Origin: an uncultured delta proteobacterium
GTDB taxonomy: Bacteria; Myxococcota; Myxococcia; Myxococcales; Anaeromyxobacteraceae
Length of the DNA stretch: 64,000 nt
NCBI GenBank assembly: GCA_963814585.1
Contig: CAWFDF010000008.1
Location: forward strand, 320,001-384,000
Reading direction: 5' to 3'
This document shows, piece after piece, positions 20,470 to 31,237 of this stretch. A program made the translations under genes and the position numbers. The notes beneath the pieces were generated by a model that saw only the letters and a list, made by a program, of their open reading frames with translations, was not told the DNA's origin and did no database searches. Positions within the stretch are counted from its first letter, which is position 1, and every line of letters begins with the position of its first letter.

Positions 20470-22820
20470 TCACTTGCTCTCCATGGTGTAGGCGCCATCC
20501 CAGTCCGGGCCGGGAGGCTCCCGCTTCATCCGCTCGCAGCGCGCCACGTAGACGCGCGAGCACTCGTCCCCCCCGCGGAGCCGATCGGCCTCGCGAAAGC
20601 GAGCGATGGCCTCGTCCCAGCGCTGCGCCTGCCAGGCCCCGTAGCCCCAGCCGAACGCCTCGAGGAAGGCAGCGTCGGCGGCCGTGCCCGGCGCCATCGA
20701 CACCAGCTCGTAGATCCGGACCGGCTCCTGCTTGCCCTTCACTCGCACCAGGTCGAGCGGCCGGACCACCACCTGATCCCGCACCTGGTCATAGGTGTTC
20801 TGGCCGATGATGACGTGGGTCCCGTACTGCCGGTTGGCCCCCTCCAGCCGCGAGGCCAGGTTCACGGCGTCGCCGAGGATGGTGTAGTTGTAGAAGCGGT
20901 CCTGGCTGCCGACGAAGCCGACCGACATGGGGCCGGTGTTGAGGCCGATGCCGATGTCGACGTCGGGCATCCCGCCGGCGGCCCAGCCCTTCCGGAGCTG
21001 CTCCAGCTCGGTCAGCATGTCCAGGGCCGCCTGGCAGGCTCGCAGCGCGTGGTCAGGCTGCGCCTTGGGTGCCCCCCAGAAGGCCATGATGGCGTCGCCG
21101 ATGTACTTGTCGAGCGTCCCCTGGTGGCGGGAGACGATGATGTCCGTCATCGGCGTCAGGTACTGGTTGAGCAGGTCGAGCAGCACGTGCGGATCGAGCC
21201 GCTCCGAGATGGTGGTGAAGCCGCGGATGTCGGCGAAGAGCGCGGTCAGCTCGCGCTTCTCCCCGCCCAGCTGCAGCGACCCCTCCCGCCCCAGCACCTC
21301 GTCGACGATGGCCGGGGCGAGGAAGCGGGAGAACGACTCGCGCGCCTTCCGCTTGGCCCGCTCCTCCGAGAAGACCCGGTAGGTGGTGGCGGTGAGGAAC
21401 ATGCCCAGCACCTGCAGCAGCGGCACCCCCGTGGCCAGCACCATGTTGAACTGGCGGAGCGCGTACACCGACACCGCGGCCCAGAGCGCGGCGACCAGCA
21501 GCATGGCCGGCGCCGCCGCCACCGGCCCGACCCGGGAGAAGAGCCAGGCCAGGGCCACCGACGCCAGCGCCATGACCAGCACCTCGCCCATCACCACCCA
21601 CTGGGATCGCTCCAGCAGCTGCCCGTGGAGCACGTTCTCCACGAAGGTGGCGTGGGTGATGGCTCCCGGGGCGTTCTCGTCGAACGAGGTGACGCGCTGG
21701 TCCCCGGTGCCCGGTGCGGTGGCCCCGACGATCACCAGCTTCCCCTTCAGCCGCCCGGGGGGAAGGCGCCCCGCCATCACGTCGGCGGCGGAGACGGTGG
21801 GGAAGTCGCGGGCCGGGCCGTAGTAGGAGAGCGGTGCCCGCCCGAAGTCGTCGGTGGCGATCTCCAGGTCGCCCACGCGGACGCCGACCAGCACGCTGGA
21901 GCCGGCCACGCCCACCGGCACCACCGGCGCCGGGATGCCGCCCCGTCCCTGGTGCCGGGCCAGCATCGCCAGCCCCAGCGACGGGAAGGTGACGCCGGCG
22001 GCGCTGGCCACCAGCGGGTAGCGTCGGATCACGCCGTCGGCGTCGGGGAGCACGGTGAAGGAGCCGCCGCTGTCGGCCACCTGGAGCAGCTCCGGCTCGG
22101 GCGTCACCACGCCCGGGAAGGCGTGGCCCGCGGCTCGCTCGCCGCCGGCCGGGATCGGGCTCGATGCCGTCCCCCCGGGCCGAGGACGTGCACGGGGCTG
22201 GTCCGGAAGAAGGCGAGCCGCTCCACCGCCTGGCGGGCCTCCTCGGGGCTGGGCGGATCGGTCCTGAACATGAACCCGATGGTGACGGCGTGGACTCGCT
22301 CGATGGCGTCGGCCAGCAGCCCGGTGGGCTCGGCGTCGGGCCGCCCCGCGGGATCGTCGCCCTGGGCGGCGCGCCAGATCCGCTCGAGCCGGACGGCCTC
22401 CTCGCCGGACGCCTGGCCGCGGGCCGCCTTCACCTGCCTGGCCACCGCCGCCAGCCGCGTCCCCACCACGTCGGCGTCGCTCCAGATCATGTCGAAGCCG
22501 ATGACCGTGGCCCCCGCCTCGGCCAGCGCATCCACCAGCCTCGCCAGCCGCGAGCGGCTCCACGGCCAGAGCCCCTCGGCGCCGATCGACCGCTCGTCGA
22601 TGGCCACGATCACCACGTCGCCCGACGGGGTCCGGGGGCCGCGCAGCGAGACCATGGCGTAGTCCTGCGCCGCGTACTCGATGCGGGAGACCACCGGGAG
22701 CGCGGACCCCTTGCGGGCCCAGAGGACGTCGAGCACGTGGACGCCGGTCAGCGCCAGCCCGACGTAGAGCGCCAGCCGGAAGGCGTCGATGCGGAACAGG
22801 GCTCGGCGGCGTGCGACCAT
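20470..22820 (-). CDS. CHASE2-domain class III adenylate/guanylate cyclase (frameshift near 22150-22180)
   Basis: CHASE2 motifs [32 protein letters not shown]; three TM helices; cyclase motifs [39 protein letters not shown]. Confidence 0.9.
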
Positions 22821-22935
22821 CGGGTCAGGTCATGCTACCAGAGGGGCGCGCCGCGCCAACGAAGCGGCCGCCCGGGGAGGACGTCCCGCGGCGAGCGCCT
22901 TGCGGCCCCGCCCCTGCCCGCGGTACAGGGGGCGA

Positions 22936-23970
22936 ATGTCACTCACCTACCGCGACGCCGGCGTCGACATCGACGAGGGGGATCGGCTCGTCGAGCTCAT
23001 CAAGCCTTACGCCCGGCCCACCATGCGGCCGGAGGTGCTGGCGGGGATCGGCGGCTTCGGCGGCCTCTTCGCCCTCGACGTGGCGAAGTACCGGCAGCCG
23101 GTGCTGGTCTCCGGCACCGACGGCGTCGGCACCAAGCTCAAGGTGGCCTTCGCCGCCAACCGGCACGCCACGGTCGGCGTCGACCTGGTCGCGATGTGCG
23201 TCAACGACATCGCCGTGGTCGGCGCCGAGCCGCTCTTCTTCCTCGACTACTACGCGACCGGCAAGCTGTCCGCCGAGCAGGGCGCCGAGGTGGTGAAGGG
23301 GATCGCCGCCGGCTGCCTCCTGGCCGGCTGCGCCCTCATCGGCGGCGAGACCGCCGAGCTGCCGGGCTTCTACGAGCGCGGCGAGTACGACCTGGCCGGC
23401 TTCGCCGTCGGCTGCGTCGACCGTCCCCGCATCATCGACGGCGCGCGGGTCGTGCCCGGCGACGTGGTGATCGGCGTCGCCTCCACCGGGCTCCACTCCA
23501 ACGGCTACTCGCTGGCCCGCAAGGTGCTGCTGGAGAAGCACCCGCTCGACTGGCAGGTCGACGCCTGCGGCGGCCAGTCCCTGGCCGACCTGCTGCTCGA
23601 GCCGACCCGCATCTACAGCAAGGACGTCCTCGCCCTGCTGGAGCGCGTGGCGGTGAAGGCGCTCGGCCACATCACCGGCGGCGGGCTGCCCGGCAACGTG
23701 CCGCGCAGCCTCCCCGACGGGACCCGCGCCGTGCTGGAGGAGAAGCGCTGGGAGCGGCCGCCGATCTTCGATCTCATCGAGCGGGAGGGCAGCGTCCCGC
23801 GAGACGAGATGTACCGGACCTTCAACATGGGGCTCGGCCTCACCGTCGTGGTCGCGCCCGGTGACGAGGCGGCGGTCCACGAGGTGCTGCGAGGCCGTCA
23901 CCTGCGGAGCTGGACGGTGGGCGCCATCGAGAAGGGCTCGGGCGAGGCCACCTGCGAGGTGGTCCGTTGA
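22936..23970 (+). CDS. purM: Phosphoribosylformylglycinamidine cyclo-ligase
   Basis: [47 protein letters not shown]. Confidence 0.97.
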   Translation: MSLTYRDAGVDIDEGDRLVELIKPYARPTMRPEVLAGIGGFGGLFALDVAKYRQPVLVSGTDGVGTKLKVAFAANRHATVGVDLVAMCVNDIAVVGAEPLFFLDYYATGKLSAEQGAEVVKGIAAGCLLAGCALIGGETAELPGFYERGEYDLAGFAVGCVDRPRIIDGARVVPGDVVIGVASTGLHSNGYSLARKVLLEKHPLDWQVDACGGQSLADLLLEPTRIYSKDVLALLERVAVKALGHITGGGLPGNVPRSLPDGTRAVLEEKRWERPPIFDLIEREGSVPRDEMYRTFNMGLGLTVVVAPGDEAAVHEVLRGRHLRSWTVGAIEKGSGEATCEVVR

Positions 23971-24644
23971 TGCGGCTGGGCGTCCTGGCCTCGGGTGGTG
24001 GGTCCAACCTCCAGGCCCTGCTGGACGCCTGCGCGTCGCGCCGGATCGAGGCCGAGGTGTCGCTGGTCCTCTCCAACGTCCCCGGAGCCGGAGCGCTCGA
24101 CCGGGCGGCGCGCGCCGGCGTGAGCAGCGCCTGCCTGCCATCGAAGGGCGTGACCGACCGGACCGCCTACGACGCGTCGGTGGTGGCCCGGCTGCGGGAG
24201 GCCTCGGTCGACCTGGTCTGCCTGGCCGGCTACATGCGGCTGGTCACCCCCACCTTCCTCCGGGCCTTCGGCCCGTCGGCCACCTCGCGCGGCTGCCCTC
24301 GGGTGGTGAACATCCACCCGGCGCTGCTCCCGTCCTTCCCGGGGCTGCACGGCCCACGGCAGGCCCTGGAGGCCGGCGTCAAGGTGGCCGGCTGCACGGT
24401 CCACTTCGTCGACGAGGGGACCGACACCGGCCCGGTCATCGCCCAGGCCGCCGTCCCGGTCCTGGACGCCGACACCGAGGACTCCCTGGCCGCACGCATC
24501 CTCGAGCAGGAGCACCGGATCTATCCGCAGGCCATCCAGTGGATCGCCGAGGGGCGGCTCTCGCTGGAGGGGCGCCGGGTCCGGCTCGACCGCGCCACCC
24601 CACCGCCCGAGAGGCTCCGCTCTCCCTCCGTCGAGCTGGCCTGA
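23970..24644 (+). CDS. purN: Phosphoribosylglycinamide formyltransferase
   Basis: LASGGGSNLQA, LAGYMRL, NIHPALLP, GCTVHFVDEGTDTGP. Confidence 0.97.
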   Translation: MRLGVLASGGGSNLQALLDACASRRIEAEVSLVLSNVPGAGALDRAARAGVSSACLPSKGVTDRTAYDASVVARLREASVDLVCLAGYMRLVTPTFLRAFGPSATSRGCPRVVNIHPALLPSFPGLHGPRQALEAGVKVAGCTVHFVDEGTDTGPVIAQAAVPVLDADTEDSLAARILEQEHRIYPQAIQWIAEGRLSLEGRRVRLDRATPPPERLRSPSVELA

Positions 24645-24652
24645 GACTCCCC

Positions 24653-26143
24653 GTGGCCACCTCCTTCAAGCCGCCCGCCACCCAGCGCGTCTACGACGCC
24701 TGCGTCATCGGAGGCGGCGTGGGCGGCGCCGCCGCGGGCGCCCTGCTGTCCCGGCGCGGCTTCCGGGTGCTGCTGATCGACGTGGGAGGCGCCGGCCTGG
24801 CGGTGGCCGACGGCGGCTGGATCCTCCCGGCCGGCCCCGCGCTGCGCCCGCCATCGCGCGCCCTCCCCGCCGCCGAGGCGCTGCTGACGGACCTGGGGCT
24901 CTCGACCGACGCCGCCCGCGCGCTCGAGCCGCTGGCCCCGCCGCTGCAGGTGCTGCTGCCCCGCCACCGGCTGGAGCTGGCCAGCGAAGCCGCGCCGCTG
25001 GCGCGGGAGCTGGGACGGGAGTGGCCGGACGACGCGGCTCGCATCGCCGCCGTCCTCGCCCGGCTGGCCACCGCCGCCGACCTGGGTGGCGCGCTCCTCA
25101 AGGCGGCGCCGCCCATGCCCCCGGCTGGCCTGCTGGACCGGTGGACGCTCGGGCGGGCCCTCCGCCGCGCCGCCCTGGAGACCGGGCTCGACCCGGCGCT
25201 GTTGACGGACCCCGCTCCGCTGTCCGGCCTGGCAGGCACGCCGCTGGCGCCGGCGCTCTCCGCCCTGGCCAGCTTCCTCGGCCGCCTCGACGGGCCGCCC
25301 TCCGCGCTCGCCCTCGCCAGGCTGGCCGGGGTCGCGCTCCGGGGGCTCCACCGGCCCGTCGCCGGGTCGGCCGCCATCGAGGACGGGCTGCGGCGGAAGA
25401 TCAGCGAGACGCGCGGAGAGGTGCTGGGCTCCCCGGCCGACCCGGCGCGCCTCGAGTCGATCGGCATCGAGCGCGGCCGGCTCTCCACGGTCCGCGTCGC
25501 CGGCGCCTCGGACACCCGGCTGGCGCGGGCCTTCGTCATCGCCGTCCCCCTGGCGCGGATCGTGGCGCTGCTCCCGGCCGAAGCGCGCGGTGGTCGAGCG
25601 GCGCGGTCGCTCGCCGCGATGCGGCCCGGCTCCCGCCTGGCCGCCACCCACCTCCTGCTCCGGGCTGCCGCTCGCCCGCCTGGGCTGGCCGACGCCGCCC
25701 TGCTCCTCGACGCCGAGCGCGCGCCGCCGGAGGACGTGGTCCTCCTCGAGCTCTCTCCCGCCCGCCGCGAGCCGGGCCGAGGATCCCCGCCCGAGGTGAT
25801 GCCTGGTCACCTCACCGCGTCGGCCTACCTCCTCTTGCCGCCCGGCGCCGACGAGGCGGCCGGCCGCGCGCGCCTTCAGCGCGCCCTGGACGCCGCGCTC
25901 CCCTTCCACGAGCGCCACCTGGTCCACCGCGCCGACCCGTCTCCGGCCGTCCACGGGCTCGGGTTCACCACGGCCACGCCGCTCGGCGCCGGGGGACTGC
26001 CGGTCCGGTCCCCATGGAAGAACGCCTTCCTGGCCAGCGGGGAGGTCCTGCCGGGGCTCGGCCTGGAAGGGGAGTACTTCGCAGGACTGCAGGCGGCGGC
26101 CCACGCCGCGGCCCTCCTTGGCGTCAAGGGCAGGCCCCGCTAG
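24653..26143 (+). CDS. FAD/NAD(P)-binding oxidoreductase, phytoene dehydrogenase-like fold
   Basis: [12 protein letters not shown]ossmann motif; C-terminal [22 protein letters not shown] start inferred. Confidence 0.7.
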   Translation: MATSFKPPATQRVYDACVIGGGVGGAAAGALLSRRGFRVLLIDVGGAGLAVADGGWILPAGPALRPPSRALPAAEALLTDLGLSTDAARALEPLAPPLQVLLPRHRLELASEAAPLARELGREWPDDAARIAAVLARLATAADLGGALLKAAPPMPPAGLLDRWTLGRALRRAALETGLDPALLTDPAPLSGLAGTPLAPALSALASFLGRLDGPPSALALARLAGVALRGLHRPVAGSAAIEDGLRRKISETRGEVLGSPADPARLESIGIERGRLSTVRVAGASDTRLARAFVIAVPLARIVALLPAEARGGRAARSLAAMRPGSRLAATHLLLRAAARPPGLADAALLLDAERAPPEDVVLLELSPARREPGRGSPPEVMPGHLTASAYLLLPPGADEAAGRARLQRALDAALPFHERHLVHRADPSPAVHGLGFTTATPLGAGGLPVRSPWKNAFLASGEVLPGLGLEGEYFAGLQAAAHAAALLGVKGRPR

Positions 26144-26186
26144 CGGACCGGCGACCTGGCCGGCGCCCGCTTTCTCGGCCTCCCCC

Positions 26187-26214
26187 TTGCTTTCTCGGCG
26201 CGGATCCGTAATAT
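26187..26214 (+). promoter_or_regulatory. Putative sigma70 promoter of rpmB
   Basis: TTGCTT-16 bp-TAATAT, followed by a GGAGA Shine-Dalgarno before ATG 26247. Confidence 0.55.
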
Positions 26215-26246
26215 GCCGCGCTCTTTCGGTTTTCGGAGAATCAGAC

Positions 26247-26465
26247 ATGGCACGCCGCTGCGCAGTGTGTGGGAAGGGGCCGCTCGTCGGCAACACCGTC
26301 TCCCACGCCAACAACAAGTCCAAGACCCGGTCGCTCCCCAACCTCCGCTCCGTCCGCGTCAACGACGCCGGCGAGGTGAAGCACGTGCGGGTCTGCACCC
26401 GCTGCCTGAAGGCCAACAAGGTCCAGAAGGCCGGCCGGCGCACCTTCGTCGCCGCCTCGGCGTAG
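26247..26465 (+). CDS. rpmB: 50S ribosomal protein L28
   Basis: [37 protein letters not shown]. Confidence 0.96.
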   Translation: MARRCAVCGKGPLVGNTVSHANNKSKTRSLPNLRSVRVNDAGEVKHVRVCTRCLKANKVQKAGRRTFVAASA

Positions 26466-26492
26466 CGCCGGGCGCCCGAGGCGCCCTTCCCC

Positions 26493-28112
26493 ATGCCGAA
26501 GGACGTCAAGCAGCCCCTCACGGCGGCGCAGCTGCTGTCCATCCGCACCCAGCTGACCGCCGCCAGCGGCAGCCGGCGGCTCGATCTCATCCTCGGAGTG
26601 CCCAACCCGGGTGCGCTGGTCCGTGCGCTCCCCGCCGACGAGCTCTACTTCACCATTCGCGAGATCGGGCTGGCCGACGCCGTGGAGCTGGTCCAGCTGG
26701 CGTCGGCCGAGCAGTTCCGCGCCTTCATCGACCTGGACGCCTGGCGCCAGGGTCGGTTCGAGCCCCGCCGAGCGCTCCCCTGGTTGCGTGCTGCTCGCGC
26801 CGGCGCCCCCCGGGACAGCAGGCTGGCGGCCAGGCTGGCGCGCAAGATGCGGGCGCTCGACCGGGAGGTGGTCTACCTGCTGCTGCGCGACGCCGTCCGC
26901 ATCCACGACCTGAGGGTGAACGACGATCCGGACATCGTGGGCGACCAGGCGTGGAAGACCTCCGACGGCGCCTACCTCGTCGAGTTCGTCGTCGAGGGGA
27001 CGGAGTTCGTGGCCATCCGGGGCCTCCTCGACGATCTCGAGGCGGAGGATCCCTTCCTGTCCTCGCGCCTGCTCGGTGCGCTCGCCTGGGAGCTCCCCAG
27101 CGAGCTGGAGGAGACGGCCCTGCGCTGGCGCCAGGGACGGCTCGCCGACCTCGGCTTCCCGCCGCTGGAGGAGGCCCTCTCCTGGTACGCCCGGCCGCCC
27201 TCCCGCCCGTCCGAGGCGCCGGGCCAGCCGGGGCGGGTCCCGGGCTTCTTCCTGGCCCCGCTGGGCCACCAGTCGCTGCTGGCCCGCGCCGCGGCCACCC
27301 TCGACGCCGCCGAGCGAGACGCGCTCGACCTGCAGCTCGTCACGGCCGGGAACGCGGTGCTGGTGGCCGACGGCATCGACCCGGTCGATCTCGAGCAGGT
27401 CCGCGCCGCCGTGACCGGCGCGCGCGCCATGGTCGAGCTCGGCCTGGAGCGGCTGTCCGATGGCGACGAGGTCCGGGCTGCCGAGGCGCTGGCCACCACG
27501 CCGGTGAAGCGGCTCTTCCAGGAGGGCTTCGGGCGGATCCTGGAGCTGTCCTGGCGCGCCGAACGGCTCTTCAAGGCTGGCGGCGCGGGCCGGCGCCAGG
27601 CGCCGCTCCTGGATGCGCCGCTCGGCGAGCTGCTGTCCGCGCTCTCCTCCCGCCGCCCCCGCTTCCACCCCGGCATCGAACGCCCCCGCGAAGAGTGGGG
27701 CTCGCCCGCCGTCGCCGCGCTGGAGCCGCGCCGGTTCCTCACCGCCAGCGACCTGGCGCTGGCGGCCTCGGCCCTCGCGCTCAGCGAGGGGCTGGCGGCG
27801 GTGGCGCTCGACCTGGCGCTGGCCCCGACGAGCGCCGACGGGGAGGCGCCACGCCTGTCGGCCCTCTACCTGACCGCGCTGGCCAACGAGCGGCTGGGAC
27901 GGCGGTTCGAGCCGACGCCGGTCGCGGTGACCGACCTGCCCGTGGTGGCCGTGGCGCTGGGGCGGATCGAGGATCCGAGGCTCGCCTCGCGCGGCGAGCC
28001 GGGGGCGCTGCTGCTCGCGCTGGCCCGGCGGCAGGCGAAGGAGCTGGCGGCCACGCTCGACCGGGCCATGGCGAGTCCGGAGCTGGTCACCGAGCTCCTG
28101 GTTCGCCGCTGA
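26493..28112 (+). CDS. Conserved hypothetical protein (DUF6178-like)
   Basis: 539-aa ORF with typical codon usage; ELYFTIREIGLADA..FIDLDAW and ELEETALRWRQGRLADLGFP resemble the deltaproteobacterial DUF6178 family (recalled, not searched). Confidence 0.65.
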   Translation: MPKDVKQPLTAAQLLSIRTQLTAASGSRRLDLILGVPNPGALVRALPADELYFTIREIGLADAVELVQLASAEQFRAFIDLDAWRQGRFEPRRALPWLRAARAGAPRDSRLAARLARKMRALDREVVYLLLRDAVRIHDLRVNDDPDIVGDQAWKTSDGAYLVEFVVEGTEFVAIRGLLDDLEAEDPFLSSRLLGALAWELPSELEETALRWRQGRLADLGFPPLEEALSWYARPPSRPSEAPGQPGRVPGFFLAPLGHQSLLARAAATLDAAERDALDLQLVTAGNAVLVADGIDPVDLEQVRAAVTGARAMVELGLERLSDGDEVRAAEALATTPVKRLFQEGFGRILELSWRAERLFKAGGAGRRQAPLLDAPLGELLSALSSRRPRFHPGIERPREEWGSPAVAALEPRRFLTASDLALAASALALSEGLAAVALDLALAPTSADGEAPRLSALYLTALANERLGRRFEPTPVAVTDLPVVAVALGRIEDPRLASRGEPGALLLALARRQAKELAATLDRAMASPELVTELLVRR

Positions 28113-28181
28113 CGACGAGGAAGCGCGCCGGTCCCGCTCTCGCGGCAGCCGGCGCGCATCGGGTTCGACCTGGAAGCCTGG

Positions 28182-28466
28182 CTACTTCTTGGGCTCGGCC
28201 GCGGCAGGCGCCGCCGCGGCAGGCGCCGCCGGGGCGGCCGGAGCGGGGGCGGCCTTGGCCGGCTCGGCCTTCTTCGCGGCCTTGTCGGCCTTCTTCTCGG
28301 CCTTCTTCTCCTTGTGCGTCTTCTTCTCCTCCTTGGCCGGGGCCGGGGCGGCCGGAGCTGCGGCCGGAGCGGCGGCCGGAGCTGCGGCCGGCTTGGTCTC
28401 CTCGGCGAAGGCCGGGGCGACGAAGGCGAAGGCGACGAGGGCGGCGACGATCTTGGCAAGCTGCAT
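28182..28466 (-). CDS. Small secreted Ala/Pro/Lys-rich low-complexity protein
   Basis: Signal peptide MQLAKIVAALVAFAFVAPAFA; AAPA repeats; KKAEKKADK tract; AGGAGA Shine-Dalgarno. Confidence 0.85.
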   Translation of the reverse strand: MQLAKIVAALVAFAFVAPAFAEETKPAAAPAAAPAAAPAAPAPAKEEKKTHKEKKAEKKADKAAKKAEPAKAAPAPAAPAAPAAAAPAAAEPKK

Positions 28467-28627
28467 GTGGTGTTCTCCTGGAGTCGGCCGCGTCGGCGGC
28501 CTGGTTCGTTCCCAGGTGGACGCGCCCTCCCCCGGATCTATTCACCGGGCGGAGTGGAGTCGGCGCTCGCCGTCCCCCCCGATCCCACGGCCGGCGGGTG
28601 GAGCGACGTGGGGCCCACCCTCCCCGG

Positions 28628-29098
28628 TCAGTGCCCCTCGTCCGCAGCGGGCTCGCCCGGGACCCCGAGCGAGAGCCCGCACTCCGGGCACTCGGCCCCG
28701 GTGGCCGACGCCGCGAAACGGTGGCCGCAGGCCGGGCAGGCGATCTCGCCACCCTGGTCGAGGTCCACGCCGGCGGCGCCGCGGGCTGCGGCCTCGCGGG
28801 CCCCGGCGTCGTCGAGCAGCGCCGCCCAGTCGCGCCCCAGGAAGACCCGGGCCGCCTCCAGCTCCGCCTCCGGGACGTAGAGGTTCCACCTGGGATGGTG
28901 CCGCTCCTGCGGCGTGGTTCCCGGCACCTTCTCCATCTCGGCCGACAGCCCCTGCTCCTCGAGGAGGGCTTGCAGCTCCCTCACCTGCGGGTAGGCGTTG
29001 CGGAGGAGCAGGCCGAGCCCCTCGCCCTTCGCCACACAGGTGACGCAGGCCCCGGCCTCGTCCAGCGGGGTGCCACACACCGTGCATTCACCGCCCAT
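28628..29098 (-). CDS. Hypothetical protein with N- and C-terminal CxxC zinc-ribbon pairs
   Basis: CTVC..CVTC and CPACG..CPECG; GAGGAGG Shine-Dalgarno before ATG 29098. Confidence 0.8.
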   Translation of the reverse strand: MGGECTVCGTPLDEAGACVTCVAKGEGLGLLLRNAYPQVRELQALLEEQGLSAEMEKVPGTTPQERHHPRWNLYVPEAELEAARVFLGRDWAALLDDAGAREAAARGAAGVDLDQGGEIACPACGHRFAASATGAECPECGLSLGVPGEPAADEGH

Positions 29099-29190
29099 GG
29101 CTGCCTCCTCGCGTGGCGCCGAGCATATCCCGTTCGCCCCCATCACGACCCCGCCCCGACGGGGCGGAAGGCAGCTATACTCCCCGCCCC

Positions 29191-30033
29191 ATGATCATCG
29201 ACGGCAAGGCGGTGGCCGCCCGGGTCCGGGCGGAGGTCGCGTCACAGGTGGCGGCCCTCAAGCTGAAGGGCGTGACCCCGGGACTGACGGTGGTCCGCGT
29301 CGGTGACGACCCCGCCTCGGCGGTCTACGTCCGCAACAAGATCAAGGCATGCGCCGAGACCGGCATCGTCTCGACCGAGCACCACCTGGCCGACACCACC
29401 ACGCAGGCGGACCTGCTCGCCCTCATCGGAAGGCTCAACCAGGACCCGGCCGTGCACGGCATCCTCGTCCAGCTTCCCTTGCCGAAGCAGATCACCGAGC
29501 AGGCGGTGCTGGAGGCGATCTCGCCGGCCAAGGACGCCGACGGCTTCCATCCCTTCAACGTCGGCTGCCTGTGGACCGGCAAGCCGGCGCCGCGCGCCTG
29601 CACGCCGTTCGGCGTGATGCGGCTGCTCGACGAGGCCGGCGTGGAGCTCAAGGGGAAGCACGCGGTGGTGGTGGGCCGCTCCAACATCGTCGGCAAGCCG
29701 CAGGCGGCCATGCTGCTGGAGCGCCACGCCACCGTCACCATCGCCCACTCCCGGACCCCCGACCTGGCCGCCGTGGTGGCCCGCGCCGACGTGGTCATCG
29801 CCGCCGTCGGCCGGGCGGAGCTCATCAAGGGGGCCTGGATCAAGCCCGGCGCCGTGGTGATCGACGTGGGGATGAACCGCGGCGCGGACGGCAAGCTGGT
29901 GGGCGACGTCGAGTTTGGCGAGGCGTCCAGGCGCGCCGCCGCCATCACCCCGGTCCCGGGAGGCGTCGGTCCCATGACCATCGCCATGCTGCTGGCCAAC
30001 ACGGTGGCGCTGGCGGCTCGGACCGTGCGGTGA
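29191..30033 (+). CDS. folD: Methylenetetrahydrofolate dehydrogenase / cyclohydrolase
   Basis: [50 protein letters not shown]. Confidence 0.98.
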   Translation: MIIDGKAVAARVRAEVASQVAALKLKGVTPGLTVVRVGDDPASAVYVRNKIKACAETGIVSTEHHLADTTTQADLLALIGRLNQDPAVHGILVQLPLPKQITEQAVLEAISPAKDADGFHPFNVGCLWTGKPAPRACTPFGVMRLLDEAGVELKGKHAVVVGRSNIVGKPQAAMLLERHATVTIAHSRTPDLAAVVARADVVIAAVGRAELIKGAWIKPGAVVIDVGMNRGADGKLVGDVEFGEASRRAAAITPVPGGVGPMTIAMLLANTVALAARTVR

Positions 30034-31139
30034 GGGTCCCGTGGTCCATCGCCTCGGCGCTCCTGATCGTCGCCGGAGGCTGCTCGGGCCGCGCCGGAAC
30101 AGGGACCCCGACCGCCCGTCTCGAGTCCACCAGGGCGCCGGTCGCCGGCCAGGCGGCCTCCGGCGCGCTGCGCGCGCTCCACCTGGGAGACTTCGGCGAG
30201 CAGACCCGCCAGCAGGCGGCCGTGGCCGCCGCCGTGTCGGCCGCTCACGCCCGGGCGAACTTCGCCGTGGCGATCTTCGCCGGCGACCTGATCTACCCGT
30301 GCGGGCTGGACGCGAGTGCGCCCGGAGCCGACGCGTGCGCCTTCGCCGCGGACGACAACGCCGTGGCCACGCCGCCGTCCGGCCCGCCGGATCCGGCCCC
30401 GGCCAGGCTCCACGGCGGGCCCCTGGCCGGGCTGCTGGCCAGCGGTCCGGTCCGCCCCGTGCTGGCGCTCGGCAACCACGACGTCTGGGCTCGCGGCCGC
30501 TGCGGCGTCCCGGGCCTGGATGCGGCGGTGGTGGCCCGGCGCAAGGCTTGCCTGGCCGTGGCCCACCGCTCGCCGCTCTGGTCGCTCCCGGCCCGCCACT
30601 ACCTCGTCGACGAGGGACCGGCCCGCCTCGTGGTGCTCGACTCCAACACCGTCTACCAGGACTACGCCGGCTTCACGCTCGACGCCGAGCTGGCCTTCCT
30701 CGCCGGGGCGCTGGAGGGCTGCGATCGGCTCGCCTGCTTCGTGGTCCTGCACCACCCGCCCACCACCGCGGGCTGGCACGAGGAGGACTTCGAGAAGCCG
30801 GAGCGGGCCGCTCGGATGGCCCGGCTGGAGGCCGTCGCCGGCGGCAGGGTCCGCGCCTGGCTGGCCGGTCACGACCACGACCTGCAGCACCTGCGGACCT
30901 CGGCCGGTGTCGACGTGATGGTCTCGGGCAACGGCGCCACCGCCCGCCCCCTGGAGCGCTTCTCCAGGACCTCGACCGGGGGCCAGCTGCTCTTCGCCTC
31001 CACGTCCTGGGGCTTCGGCGTGCTGACCGTGCGCGCCGACGGCTGGGACTATCGCTTCGAGGATGAAGGAGGGACGCCGCTCCACTGCTGCGCGGCCAGC
31101 GGCGCAGGCCGCTGTGAGCCGCTGCGCTGCGGCCCATGA
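30030..31139 (+). CDS. Calcineurin-like metallophosphoesterase (purple acid phosphatase-like), probable lipoprotein
   Basis: GDFG, AGDLIYP, LGNHD, HHP, GHDH metal motifs; lipobox-like IVAGGC; GTGA overlap with folD. Confidence 0.85.
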   Translation: MRVPWSIASALLIVAGGCSGRAGTGTPTARLESTRAPVAGQAASGALRALHLGDFGEQTRQQAAVAAAVSAAHARANFAVAIFAGDLIYPCGLDASAPGADACAFAADDNAVATPPSGPPDPAPARLHGGPLAGLLASGPVRPVLALGNHDVWARGRCGVPGLDAAVVARRKACLAVAHRSPLWSLPARHYLVDEGPARLVVLDSNTVYQDYAGFTLDAELAFLAGALEGCDRLACFVVLHHPPTTAGWHEEDFEKPERAARMARLEAVAGGRVRAWLAGHDHDLQHLRTSAGVDVMVSGNGATARPLERFSRTSTGGQLLFASTSWGFGVLTVRADGWDYRFEDEGGTPLHCCAASGAGRCEPLRCGP

Positions 31140-31167
31140 GCGCAGGGCGGGATTCCTCAGTGTTCGC

Positions 31168-31195
31168 TTGATTCCCGGGTCGGCGCCGATACAAT
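31168..31195 (+). promoter_or_regulatory. Putative sigma70 promoter of the gcv operon
   Basis: TTGATT-16 bp-TACAAT, 42 nt before the gcvT ATG. Confidence 0.55.
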
Positions 31196-31237
31196 CCGGC
31201 CCGCTTCTCCGTCCCCTCCAACCCAAGGCAATGCCCG

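Noticed and set aside
19140..22185. Programmed frameshifting or phase variation in the cyclase and PDE genes
   Set aside because: No slippery heptamer or long repeat tract; similar single-base indels affect unrelated neighbouring genes, pointing to consensus error.
22821..22935. ZMP/ZTP or purine riboswitch before purM (also checked before folD and serA)
   Set aside because: No recognisable consensus elements and very short leaders.
28195..28395. 12- and 15-bp tandem repeats as a CRISPR or VNTR locus
   Set aside because: They encode AAPA repeats within a CDS; there are no unique spacers and no cas genes.
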